A stretch of DNA of 64,000 nt from Oikopleura dioica. Lineage: Eukaryota; Animalia; Chordata. Made by a program: the position numbers and the translations under genes. The notes beneath the pieces were generated by a model. It made no database searches. It was not told the origin of the DNA and saw nothing but the letters and a program-made list of their open reading frames with translations. Shown here one piece after another: positions 1 to 10,237 of the stretch; position 1 is the first letter of the stretch, and each line of letters starts with the position of its first letter. The stretch spans positions 11,160,001 to 11,224,000 of the forward strand of contig OU015568.1 in NCBI GenBank assembly GCA_907165135.1. Reading direction: 5' to 3'.

Positions 1-2045
1 CTCATCCAAGTGATCTTCTATTCTTTTTTCACTATTTTCAAACATCTGCGAAACAATATGTCCATCAGACTTCGCCAGCACAACAGGCTCGCAGTTTTTC
101 TGATGCGTTTTCCAATGTAAAACCTTCTCTAAATCAATATCAGTATTTCATAATCTACAGTACCTGGCAGTTGCGATCACAGTAACGAGCATAATGGCAT
201 CGTGAGCAGCGCTTTGTTCCGTGGTGGCTGAGTTTTGCGCTTTAAAAATTCATCAGTCAGCAGATTTTACGAAAAAATGAAATGAGCTTATAAAATCGTG
301 TGTTTGAAACGCAAGCTACTCAAAAACGTAAGCAATGATTTTTGGAATTTTCCTTTCTATTATTTCTATTGCCGTTGGACACCCCTCGAATTGGAGGGGA
401 AGGATGGAAACTGACTTTGAGGTAAAGAAGTCAACACAAACCGCTCTTGGCCTGTGTAGAAACCTGAGCCAAGGTCTGGGACTTCTCAGACTCTGGAAGA
501 GCATTAATAAGAGCCACGTAGCTGCTCCTTTCCAACAACGCCGCAAAGCGGCTTCGCCAAAATAGCCATCTCGATCGCGGATTTTGATTGAAACTCTTTT
601 AAGTTTATACACAGGTTGTCGAGAACAGATTTTCCTTGATGCTTTTCAGAAACGAGGAGGTTACTCAATCTCGCTGGAAAAACGAGACCCGTTGCAGAGC
701 CTGTTCGACTATTACATGAACCAAGCCGACTACGAAGATCACCCGCTCTACGGATCTATCCCTCAGAAAAGAGGCGCTGCTACTCAGGAGCAGCAAAAGC
801 TTTATGAAAAATTTTAGATCAAAAGAAAAAGCAATATCATTATTCATTCAGTACGGGGACTGCACGAATTAATAAATACAGAGCAAAAATACTGTTCTTC
901 ATGTCTTACCATTGCCAGCAGCGTGAAAGATCCTCTTTCATTGCAGCTCGTTCAAGTTGCGCTAGAATTCTGTGATCGACTCCTTCTGGGCATAAATCTA
1001 TTGGCAGCTTTCCGTCTTTATTTTGTACGCTTGCTAGTGCGCCTCTAGAATAATATTGTCATGTTTAGCGGATAGAAAAAAATGAATGATTAAATTAATT
1101 TTATGCTGGATAAAATTAATTCTCCTTTTCGATGAATTCGTGAACCTTTGAATAAGAAGCAATAAACAAGGATAAACACCAAATTTGGCGGCAATATGAA
1201 GTGGAGTATTCAATTTTTCATCTGTGCTTCGTAATATTTCAAAAATCTTATCAGTTGCGTAGGAGCCAACTATTATTCGCGCTATCTGCGGATTCGCATA
1301 CTAAATTTCCCAAATTTATATTCTGCGCTCGACGATGAGCTGTTTTTGGAAAGTCTGCCTTTATAGACGCTTTCAAAATAGCTCCATCTTAAATTTGAGT
1401 TACAGTACCTGGCCAATAGCATAGTCCAGCGGTGTGAGTCCATGGACACTATCTCTTATCGTAGGATCGGCATTTAGTTGTGTTAAAAGTTCAACGACGT
1501 TTTCTTTCCTGAAAAAGACTTTGATCAGGCTCATGATCTAGTGATTACGTAACCAGATCTTAGCGAACAGGCCCCTTAATTAGCTCATCCCTCTTTTCCT
1601 TTTATTAAATTGTCAAAGTATCAATTTGTTTCTAGTGGAGAAAAATTGATTTCAGCTTTCTATAATTATTTACTTAGTTACATAAGAAAGTCATATGATC
1701 GCTTGTTTTTCGCGAATTTTCTTTAACAGTAACGTCACAGCATCTCGCACTAGAACATATCAAAACGAGCCCTGCCCAATGTAGACTCGAAAATCCATGA
1801 CTGTCAGTATCGTTTATGTCATATTCTCCGGATAAAAGCGCCTTTTTCAGCAGTTCCTCGTGATCGTCCGCCTAAAAGTCATTCTCGTCTCCCAAATTCG
1901 ATCAATTCAAAAGGAGATTATTCTTGAATATTGTTGATTTTATATAGAAGAATCCAAATTAACCGGCTTGGTTCTGCCGGGATACCTTTACCGAAATGAA
2001 TTTGTGCAGTTGAAGTTCTGGTTCGAAGTTGACCCCGTGACTCAT
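1..2045 (-). CDS. Ankyrin-repeat and MYND zinc-finger protein (multi-exon, 3' end runs off the window)
   Basis: Hand-spliced: MSHGVNFEPELQLHKFIS|ADDHEELLKKALLSGEYDINDTDSHGFSSLHWA..|KENVVELLTQLNADPTIRDSVHGLTPLDYAIGQ (ankyrin repeats). MYND finger CWQ-C|AKLSHHGTKRCSRCHYARYCDRNCQ|VLHWKTHQKNC, with a Cys codon split by a GT-AG intron at 909..240. Confidence 0.8.
335..817 (+). CDS. Putative secreted peptide precursor nested antisense in the ankyrin-MYND intron
   Basis: Signal-like N-terminus MIFGIFLSIISIAVG. ORF 584-817 is in the same frame with three KR sites and ends at TAG, with AATAAA near 871. One short frame-preserving intron (e.g. 518-565 or 422-628) is needed to remove the TAG at 563. Confidence 0.45.
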
Positions 2046-2171
2046 TGCAGGATCACCCTGATTATGGGTTCTTTAAGTTTTAATGAACATCTTATTTACA
2101 ATAGAAATTTCTTTTTCAAAACCCAACTTCATTTTTTAAATTTCTCGGCCAGAAACTTTCTCGTAGTAAAA

Positions 2172-2223
2172 ATGACTCATCGAGTACTCATTTTCGCATT
2201 TCATTCATTTTTCTGATGAGTCA
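2172..2223. promoter_or_regulatory. Two AP-1/ATF-type TGA(C/G)TCA sites in the divergent promoter between the ankyrin-MYND gene and XBP1
   Basis: ATGACTCAT at 2172-2180 and ATGAGTCA at 2216-2223, in inverted orientation. Confidence 0.4.
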
Positions 2224-2275
2224 GAATGACCTCATTTTCATCAGATTCCGCGGGCGGACTGACCCCCAGCGCCAG

Positions 2276-2294
2276 CCAATCAGCGAGCGCCACG
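2276..2294 (+). promoter_or_regulatory. ER stress response element (ERSE, CCAAT-N9-CCACG) upstream of XBP1
   Basis: CCAAT cagcgagcg CCACG is an exact consensus with 9-nt spacing; it overlaps GCCACGTC (UPRE-like ACGT core). Confidence 0.75.
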
Positions 2295-2591
2295 TCGGCC
2301 GTCGCACAGGTCTAAGGCCACGCTTCTCAAGAAACATCAGAAAGAAAACGCCACGCGAGAGTAGCTCAGGTCAGTCCCCTATTCCTCGATTCTAGAGATA
2401 CTCCAGACCCAATAAAGTCTAAAAGACAAATGGTGATCGGAAAAGATAGTAAATCAGAGCAGCAAGGTATTAATTCTAGAGCAATCCTAACATTTAATCC
2501 GAATACGGCTATTAGAACTGGCCGTTTAGGAGCTTTCAGTCTAAAAGGGCTAGCCGCAAGGGGCTAACTTCTTAAAATTTTGAGATCAAAG

Positions 2592-3708
2592 ATGACTAAC
2601 GCCCAATTTTTAGAAGTTATGGTGCCTGCACCGATTATCATAAAATTGCCAGTCGGCACGAAGAAACTAACAGCAGAAAACATGAAACAAATCTCCAATT
2701 TGCAGCGTGTTCCAGCGCAGCAACAGCAGCACTTCCAATCCTCTCCACAATGCCTGTCCAATGGTCAAGGCATTCCAGTAATCAAGCTGGAGGATTTGGA
2801 GACGCTGCAGTCGCTGGATCACAGGGATCAGGAATATGATAATCGTATTGCTGAACGCACACCGATTGACGAGGCAAGATTCATGTTTCCAAACTCTTTT
2901 TCCTAACAAGAATTCTAGCTCCGCGCTGGGAAACACAGCCTTCCCATTTGGGCTGAAGGGCTTTTCGACCAAACAACACCTGGTCAGCCCCGCCGCCGCC
3001 GCAAGTTAACTCATCTGACCGCTGGAGAAAAGATCCTCCGACGAAAGCTCAAGAATCGTGTCGCGGCTCAAAACGCTCGCGACAAGAAGAAAACGGCTTA
3101 CGAAGACTTGAAGTCAGACAATGATGAACTGCGCGCGATGATGGAAGAGTTGAGGAGGACTCAACAAGAACAGAGGGTAAGGGGTTCTCTAAATCTATAA
3201 GACATAATTGATCGTTTGGATTCGAAAGACCTGTTTTCCAATGAGATATTTTAGGCCCAAATTGCCGAGCTTCTGCGCGAGAACAAAGAGCTGAAACTTC
3301 GCCTCGGAGACGGGGACTCTGCAATCGGTTCAAGCTCAAATTCGATTTGTTCTGGATCCTCTCCTGAAGAGAGAGTTGGGTGAGACTACTCATGTTTGCT
3401 TGTTTCGCGCGCGGTCGCTAGAATAGTGGAGATTATCTAGCTCCGTGTCGCGTGCGGTCGATTGAGTCAAGGTCTGCAACCCAGTTAAGCCTGCCGCGTT
3501 TGATGATCCGAACTTATTCTACGAGCTTGAGCCGGTCAACGATTCCCAGTCGCCACAGACGAAGGTTGACTACTCTTTGGGCGAGCAAGCGGCCTCTCCG
3601 GCAATGTCCGACAATATCCTCGACGAAATCCTGACGAACGGGTCGGACGACCTCTTCGAAGAGTCCCAATTCGACTTCGACAGTCTCTTTAATTGTCCCC
3701 TACCGTGA
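2592..3708 (+). CDS. XBP1: X-box binding protein 1 (bZIP UPR transcription factor)
   Basis: bZIP KLTHLTAGEKILRRKLKNRVAAQNARDKKK. Exons 2592-2873 (GC-AG intron), 2911-3176, 3255-3379, 3427-3708. The acidic tail FDDPNLFYELEP...DDLFEESQFDFDSLFNCPLP lies in a shifted frame, as expected for XBP1s. Confidence 0.93.
3477..3493 (+). other. Predicted 17-nt unconventional (IRE1-cleaved) intron of XBP1
   Basis: Sites CUG^CAAC and CUG^CCGC. The 3' site sits in a 7-nt loop closed by AAGC/GUUU. Removing 17 nt (2 mod 3) gives ...SRSAAFDDP in the acidic frame. Confidence 0.65.
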
Positions 3709-3997
3709 AGAAAAAGAAACAAGATTTTCATCGTACTCGTCTATTCTTCATCGGTCCTGCTCCTGAGAAATTCAAAGAAGTAAACAAGAAGCCCTCCTGA
3801 GAAGTCCAGTTAGAAAAACTTTCGAACTAAGTCGAAATTAAGGTTATCTGTGTTTCCCTTCCTACAGCTGTATTAATTATTTCCCTTGATCGTTATTATC
3901 TTTGTTTTCCTAATATTTAATAAACTTCATTGAAAAAACAAAATTGTTTGAATCAATTTATTAGCAAATTATTTACAATCGAAAAAGAGCAGGTGCA

Positions 3998-5687
3998 TTA
4001 CTTTTCCTTCTCAGGCTTGAATATATTCTGGAAGACATCAATACCATCGTTGATTTCATTTTCTTCTTCGATTATTAGGAACCACATCGCAGTTAGAACC
4101 CCTAAGTAGCCGATGAAGAGTATGAGAGAGAGTATTCTGCAGACATTTTCGCACTTCTAAATTAGACAGAGTTAGCCGTCAAGTTGTTTTCTGAAACCTT
4201 GATGTCCATATTTCGCAAGACGACAGTACCAATTAGCAGGCCAGTCACTGCCCCACCGAGATGCGCCGCCCAGGAAATCTGATGATCTCCGTCTTTGTAT
4301 CGCTGAACGGACATGTATCCTTCCGCAACGAGATATCCTCCGAAGAGAATTATGCGAATCAGCGCACCAGCAAGGTTCATTGTGTCGCAGTTGAGCACAA
4401 CTCCAGCAAGAACAGTTGTGACGAGACAAAAATCACCACCAGAAGCACCGACAAGATGGATGCTCGGAGTTATGACTACTGCTGTTATTCCTCCGACAAT
4501 GACACCTTTTTGAATAGAATTACGGCTTCTTGAATCGCCTACCGATCGTATAGATGATCATTATTCTAGTCGTTCCATGAACAATCTCCAATAACGAACC
4601 CACAACTAGCTGCATTATCATGTTACCTAAAGACTACAAGGTTAGCACTATAAATATCATAGACCACGACCTAATAAATGCTGCCATCCGCTATGCACGA
4701 ATGAGTACGTAAAGAACCTCCAGATTTCTTTATCCACTGTTGCCTTGTCTCCAACAAGGATCAGTTGGGAGACGGACGGTGCCGGTACCAAATTGGTACC
4801 CGGTACCAAAATTGGTACCCGGTACCAAAAAATTGGTACCCGGTACCAAAGTCAAACATTTTTTCTGACCCATCAAAAAACTAATGTCCGCTCCGCGGCT
4901 GAATTGTAAGAAAACTTCATTTATTGACCAAATACACCTTTTAAAATCAATTTTGGCTCGGTATCCTGACATTTTTTTGGTACCGGGTACCAGAAATTTG
5001 GTACCGGGTACCAATTTTGGATTGGTACCGGCACCGTCCGTCCCCGGATCAGTTTGTTGTCATTGAACGCACTCTGCCAAAGCGCCCACTCACCTGAGAC
5101 CTGCATTACAAGTGCTGTGTTCAGAGTTGAACTTACTTGATGGTGCTCCAACAGCACTCCAGTACATATAGAAAAAATAGCCCGTTTGAGCAAGAGTGAT
5201 GAGTATTGTGAACCATGGGAAACCTCCAGAATCGTCTGAAGACTGAGTGTTGTTACAGAATTACTTCAAAACTACCTTTTCCATTCGGCTTCCAAGTGTG
5301 TTGTTGGATTAAGTCTTGTCGATCAGATGAAGAAGTTCCAGGTGAAGCAGTTTTATACACTTCATTCATAAAGGTTGACTTTTTAGGAGGAGAGTGTATG
5401 TAATGCGCTGCTGAGTTTCCTTGACTGTAATTCACAGATGAATACTGATTGTTAGCTCTTTGTGGTAATTGTTGCCGTGGCTTAGGCATTGGAGCATTTG
5501 GCTGATGATGATAATGCTGGTTTTGTACTTGATGGTTTTGCGAGGGAACATTGTATTGGCTGCCATATTGTCTGGCCGAAGAACTTTGTGCTTCTGTAAT
5601 GTTTCCATAGTGCTGTTCTTCTTGTTCTCTCATGCTTGTGCGAGAATATCTAACAGAGTCTCGAACACTATCTGTAGCTCGACTCAT
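3998..5687 (-). CDS. Rhomboid intramembrane serine protease (RHBDL1/2/3-type), with a MITE inserted in a coding exon
   Basis: EIWRFFTYSFVHSGWQHLL.NM (WR motif), LVGASGG (catalytic Ser), ISWAAHLGG (catalytic His), long Q/S-rich N-terminus. Confidence 0.88.
4767..5045. mobile_element. Non-autonomous Mutator/Foldback-like MITE (279 bp)
   Basis: 9-bp TSD GGATCAGTT (4758-4766 and 5046-5054). Long TIRs start GG..GACGGACGGTGCCGGTACCAA and are built of tandem ~19-bp GGTACC(C)GGTACCAAAATT units. Confidence 0.9.
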
Positions 5688-6552
5688 GATAAAAAACAAT
5701 TTTCTTCTAAAAATCTAACGAGAAGCTTCAATATGCAAATTCGCTGATTTTTAAGTTTACTCTTCCATCTAGCTGCGTGTTGACACTAGTGACGATTCAC
5801 TTATGCAAATTTACTCAGTGATTGATTATAAGATTATTTTCAATGGATAAATTCAGTAATAAAAGAAAGCGAAACAACGGGAATTGAACCTTAGTTGACA
5901 CTTATTATTTATTCAAAATTAAGAACTCTCAAAACGAAACTCTTGATGAATATTAAAAATCTGATACGTGATGCTTATAAAAGCCGCTGTAAATATATAA
6001 GATATAGAATAATTCTATTAGGATCCTTAGAAGAAATGAGAGTTTTGATATTTTTTCTTCGATTCTGCTTAGGAGTTCCAATGAGGTATCAGAATGACTC
6101 GCATGAAGCTCATGCTGGCCATGGCCCTAGAAATATTCCCTACCAGCCATCAATTCATCCGTGCAGAAGATTTTCCAGAGCAGAACGTTTTAAACACGAC
6201 TAGTTTGAAGCATAAGCACAACAATTCAAAGTTCAATCAAATGTTTTTGTACAAACGTATTTAATAAATTCTACTCGTTCCCTGAAATGTCATGGTAATC
6301 CTATTACAGAGTTCATTTTTTCTATTCCGTTAACCGTCCAGGCGTTTAAAGCTATGCCTATTTTGTAAGCAACTGCAGGGAAATGTTACGATACGCTGCT
6401 GCGTAAACACGTCAGTAAGCAGAATTATAAACGTGCGCTTGAAATTAGCCAGGTGTCGCCATGCGGTCCATGGTGGAGCATTCTGCATGCGTTCTGCCGC
6501 GGGAGGTATCAGACGCGCCGCGCATAGAGATTGATAACGACGCTCGCAAATA

Positions 6553-8871
6553 ATGCGGCTTTTCAAGACTTTTAATGTTTTACTTTTGCATAACGCTGCA
6601 GCGCGTATGTCGGCTGCTGAAAGCAGCGACGACGGACTCAGAGGACTTCTCGATGTAGGACTTACATGCGAAGCCAACCAAGACACCCGATCAGCTCACA
6701 GAATCGTTGGAGGTACCGAAGCACAGCCTGCTTCTTGGCCATGGATCGTCCGATTCCCAATGATGGGCTGTGCTGGTTCCATCATCGGCCCACGAACAGT
6801 TGTCACCGCTGCTCATTGCTGTTTCACAACAAGTTTGGGTATCTACGACTTCGTAGCCGGAAAGCACAGCAGACTGGATAACTTGAATGCTGATCCTTTC
6901 ACCAGAAGATACAGAGCTTCTGCAGTGAAGAAACACCCAAGTTACACTAGCAGCACTTTTGAGAGCGACATTTGCTTGGTATTTACCAATGAAGACATTG
7001 ACTTCAACGACGCTGTTCAACCAGTTTGCTTGCCATCCGCACCCGTGGAAGTCCGCCAAGAGAACTGTTATGTCGCTGGTTGGGGCAGAACAAGCTGGAA
7101 TGGATTCCAGGCTTCCAAGCTCCTTGAGATCCCTGTCACTATCTACGACGTAGAGGGTGAGTGTAACCCTAACTACAGAGAGAATGGAAACACCCCGCTC
7201 ATTGAAGACGTAATGATCTGCGCCGGAAATATGGATGGTGGCATCGACGCGTGCCAGGGAGACAGTGGTGGACCGCTTGTCTGTCTCGAGGAGGGAAATC
7301 CTGTCATGCACGGTGTTGTCAGTTGGGGAGTCAAGTGCGCTCTCGCTGATTTGCCCGGTGTCTACACCAGAACCACTGCCATGCTCGACTGGATCCAAGC
7401 CATGCAATTCGAAGTTTTAGGCGAACCAGAAACTGGAACTGACGAAATTCTTTACGAACAAGTCGCAATTGAAGGTGGATTAACTGGCATGTCCTGTCTC
7501 GAAACCGAAGAAACTCGAATCATGGGAGGGCAAGAAGCTACTTACGGATCTTGGCCTTGGATGGGTCGACTTGAGAAGGGTTGCTCTGCTACTATCATTG
7601 GGCACAACGTTGCCTTGACTGCTGCTCATTGCTGCCAAGATCAAGGCTTGTGGTCATATGATATCCATGTTGGAGCACATCATTCCTTCGAGACGAATGC
7701 CGACAGCTGGCGCGATCATGTATGGGCGACAAAGGTAGTGCCTCATCCTGATTACGACCAAGTCACAAAGGATAATGACATTTGCCTGATCTTCTACCAG
7801 CAATCTTTCAACTGGTCTCAAGGAGTTCAACCCGCTTGTATCCCATCGGGTCCTTCTACCTCTGGCCGGAAATGCCATGTTGCTGGATGGGGTGCAAAGA
7901 GCGCTGATCCGAGTGCCAGCGGCTCGCACGTTCTTATGGAAGCCCAGATCAATATCTACAACAGCGATCAAGAATGCAAGCCTGCATTTGGCGCAAGTGA
8001 GGAGGCTTCTGCTGAAGGCGACGTTACTGACAACATGATCTGCGCTGGATGGAAAGAAGGTGGCGTTGATGCTTGCAATGGGGACTCTGGTGGACCTTTG
8101 GTTTGCGTGGAGGACGGCAAGCCCGTTGTAACTGGTATTGTCAGTTGGGGCTTCAAATGTGGTATCCCTAACTTCCCCTCGCTCTACACCGACGTCAGTA
8201 AGTACACAGACTGGATCAGAAAGGAGATCGAAGAGTCAAACGGGTGTGATAAAGACGACCTCGCCAAAATTCCTGGCGTAACCGGAGACGGTGAATGGGT
8301 CTGCGACGAGACCGAGTGCACCTGGACTTGCGAGGACGGGCATGCCACGGATGCTGTCACCAAATGTTCCAATAAACAATGGACCGCACTTACCACTGCA
8401 ATGAGAAAAACTGCCAGATGCGACAGGTGTAACATCGACATTTCGTCCGTCAAAACGTCTGAAGCCGCCCCTGCCGCACAATTGGATTGCTCGTTTAGCC
8501 GATCTGTCAAAACCTGCAAACTGAAGTGCCTTTCGGAAGACGGAACATTCGGCGATACTAATACTGAAGTTTTCTGTGACCGATCAAAAGCCAAGAATAG
8601 ATTTTCTCCCGTCAGAGGAAAGAGTGGAAATCTCAGCTGTGTCCCACTTTGTGACCGAAATGCTGTCTTTGAGCAGGTTCAAAAGAAATGGGGAGATGAT
8701 TTCGTTGCCGAAAACTTCAAAGACATGACATCCAAGCACCCAGTCTTCACCAAGATGAAATGCAATAATTCTAACAAGGTCTCAAAGAAAACCTTTATCC
8801 GATGCTCTGTCAACAGCAAAGGAGTTGAAAAAATCATCATCAAGGGTGATCCAAAAGATCCTAAATGCTAA
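6553..8871 (+). CDS. Secreted tandem trypsin-like serine protease (two S1 domains plus Cys-rich C-terminus; ovochymase-like layout)
   Basis: R-IVGG and R-IMGG activation sites. Both domains have TAAHC, DICL and GDSGGP, plus the S1-pocket Asp (IDAC/VDAC). Uninterrupted 772-aa ORF; true start uncertain. Confidence 0.9.
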   Translation: MRLFKTFNVLLLHNAAARMSAAESSDDGLRGLLDVGLTCEANQDTRSAHRIVGGTEAQPASWPWIVRFPMMGCAGSIIGPRTVVTAAHCCFTTSLGIYDFVAGKHSRLDNLNADPFTRRYRASAVKKHPSYTSSTFESDICLVFTNEDIDFNDAVQPVCLPSAPVEVRQENCYVAGWGRTSWNGFQASKLLEIPVTIYDVEGECNPNYRENGNTPLIEDVMICAGNMDGGIDACQGDSGGPLVCLEEGNPVMHGVVSWGVKCALADLPGVYTRTTAMLDWIQAMQFEVLGEPETGTDEILYEQVAIEGGLTGMSCLETEETRIMGGQEATYGSWPWMGRLEKGCSATIIGHNVALTAAHCCQDQGLWSYDIHVGAHHSFETNADSWRDHVWATKVVPHPDYDQVTKDNDICLIFYQQSFNWSQGVQPACIPSGPSTSGRKCHVAGWGAKSADPSASGSHVLMEAQINIYNSDQECKPAFGASEEASAEGDVTDNMICAGWKEGGVDACNGDSGGPLVCVEDGKPVVTGIVSWGFKCGIPNFPSLYTDVSKYTDWIRKEIEESNGCDKDDLAKIPGVTGDGEWVCDETECTWTCEDGHATDAVTKCSNKQWTALTTAMRKTARCDRCNIDISSVKTSEAAPAAQLDCSFSRSVKTCKLKCLSEDGTFGDTNTEVFCDRSKAKNRFSPVRGKSGNLSCVPLCDRNAVFEQVQKKWGDDFVAENFKDMTSKHPVFTKMKCNNSNKVSKKTFIRCSVNSKGVEKIIIKGDPKDPKC

Positions 8872-9274
8872 TTTGCCCTGTCCGATTTATTCAAAAACTG
8901 TCAGAAAGAAAATAAACACGATATTTTCAATCCTTTCAAACATGCTTGTCCGGAGTTGTTTATTTCTAGTTGAACTTTCTAGTTGGTAGTTTCAGGCTTG
9001 AAAAAGAGATAAAATTAATTAAAGTAATGCCAAGATTGATTTGAGCAGTTTCGTGAAAGCACATGTAGTAGGTGAGTAAGTTACTCTTCCGGAGGGGATG
9101 ATTTTTAGATTGATCCCTTTCTGCAAACACCAGGTTCGAAAACGGTTTGTACGAAATATACAAGCAGGGGAGTAGTCAGCCTGGGAGTGAGTGGTTTTGG
9201 AGTAGTCTAGCAGATCAGAAATATCTTAAAACATAAACGGTATCTGAATGCAAATGAGTGTGACTGAAAGAGTG

Positions 9275-9927
9275 TCAGAGCTCTTCTTGACTACGGCGGA
9301 CGGTTTGTGCCACCCGCTTGGTGAATTCCTTCTTTGACTCGCGCCACATCTTGGCAGCGTCGATGTTGGCTGGGGACTCGTCGTTGGGATCAGCAAGCAT
9401 CGAAATGACGGAGATCAGGATTGTCTAAAAAATTCTCATAGACTGTACCAAGGCGTATTTACTGTACCTCAACAGTATGGATGGGTAGCCATCTCTCGCT
9501 CGCTTTTTCATAGCCGTATTTATCATCTCCAGGATCGTGAAGGATCGAAATGCAGACGTCCCCGTTGCTGTGGACGTTCGGGTGCCACATTTTTGAAATG
9601 AAGGTAAGCTTCGGCGGCTTCATTGGGTAGTCTTTTGGGAATGTGAGTCGAGCTTTGAAATATCCACCTAAAATCGTTTTGAATCTATATTTGCCAGGGA
9701 CCCTGGTCCAGGGTTGAATAAGAAACCTTCATAGGCTGTCTCAGGAGGTCCAATAATGATCACTTCCCAACGAAAGATATCATCGCCAATCAACCCCGCG
9801 CTAATTATGCAAATTATATACAAAAATTCTAATTGAATGAGCACCTAAATCCATCATTAGCAGTCTTTTGCAAGTCGGCCAACTGTCGAGCTAACAAAAG
9901 CTTCGCCCGGTTCTGATCATCGCCCAT
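9275..9927 (-). CDS. UBE2G1: Ubiquitin-conjugating enzyme E2 G1
   Basis: [67 protein letters not shown]: HPN motif, catalytic Cys and the acidic loop of the Ubc7/Cdc34 class. Confidence 0.92.
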
Positions 9928-10237
9928 GATCACCAACTGGCTGAATGATGTGTTCAAAGGAAAATGCTGGTTGTATAAAAATAATTTCTTTATAAAAATA
10001 TGGCAGTGGATGAGTTAGCAAGAAGACAAACGAGGTATTCTTTTATTTCAATAGTTGTGAAGCGACGTTTTTGAACGGAGAGGATCGACGGGACGGTAAG
10101 GTGAAGGATTTAATTGTTCAGACATGCGACGCTTTTGCTGGAATTTGCGCATTTCTATTGTTTGAAGATCGTGGCAGAGAAGAAATGGATCATGAGACAG
10201 TCTGCGAGCCACTAGAAATGTTTTCTAAAATTTTTAA

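Noticed and set aside
316-612. 98-aa minus-strand ORF as an exon of the MYND gene
   Set aside because: The MYND finger is completed by splicing 910 to 239, which skips it; no recognisable motif.
1520-1590. Intronic hairpin with possible C/D boxes as a snoRNA
   Set aside because: The C box does not match RUGAUGA and there is no convincing terminal stem.
4780-5035. Regular GGTACC-containing repeats as a CRISPR array or a coding repeat (ORFs 4730-5014, 4884-5066, 4921-5193)
   Set aside because: There are no unique spacers; the repeats are the inverted subterminal units of a TSD-flanked MITE, and the ORFs are by-products.
6691-8594. 238-aa and other ORFs antisense or alternate to the protease
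   Set aside because: Shadow ORFs of a long GC-richer coding region.
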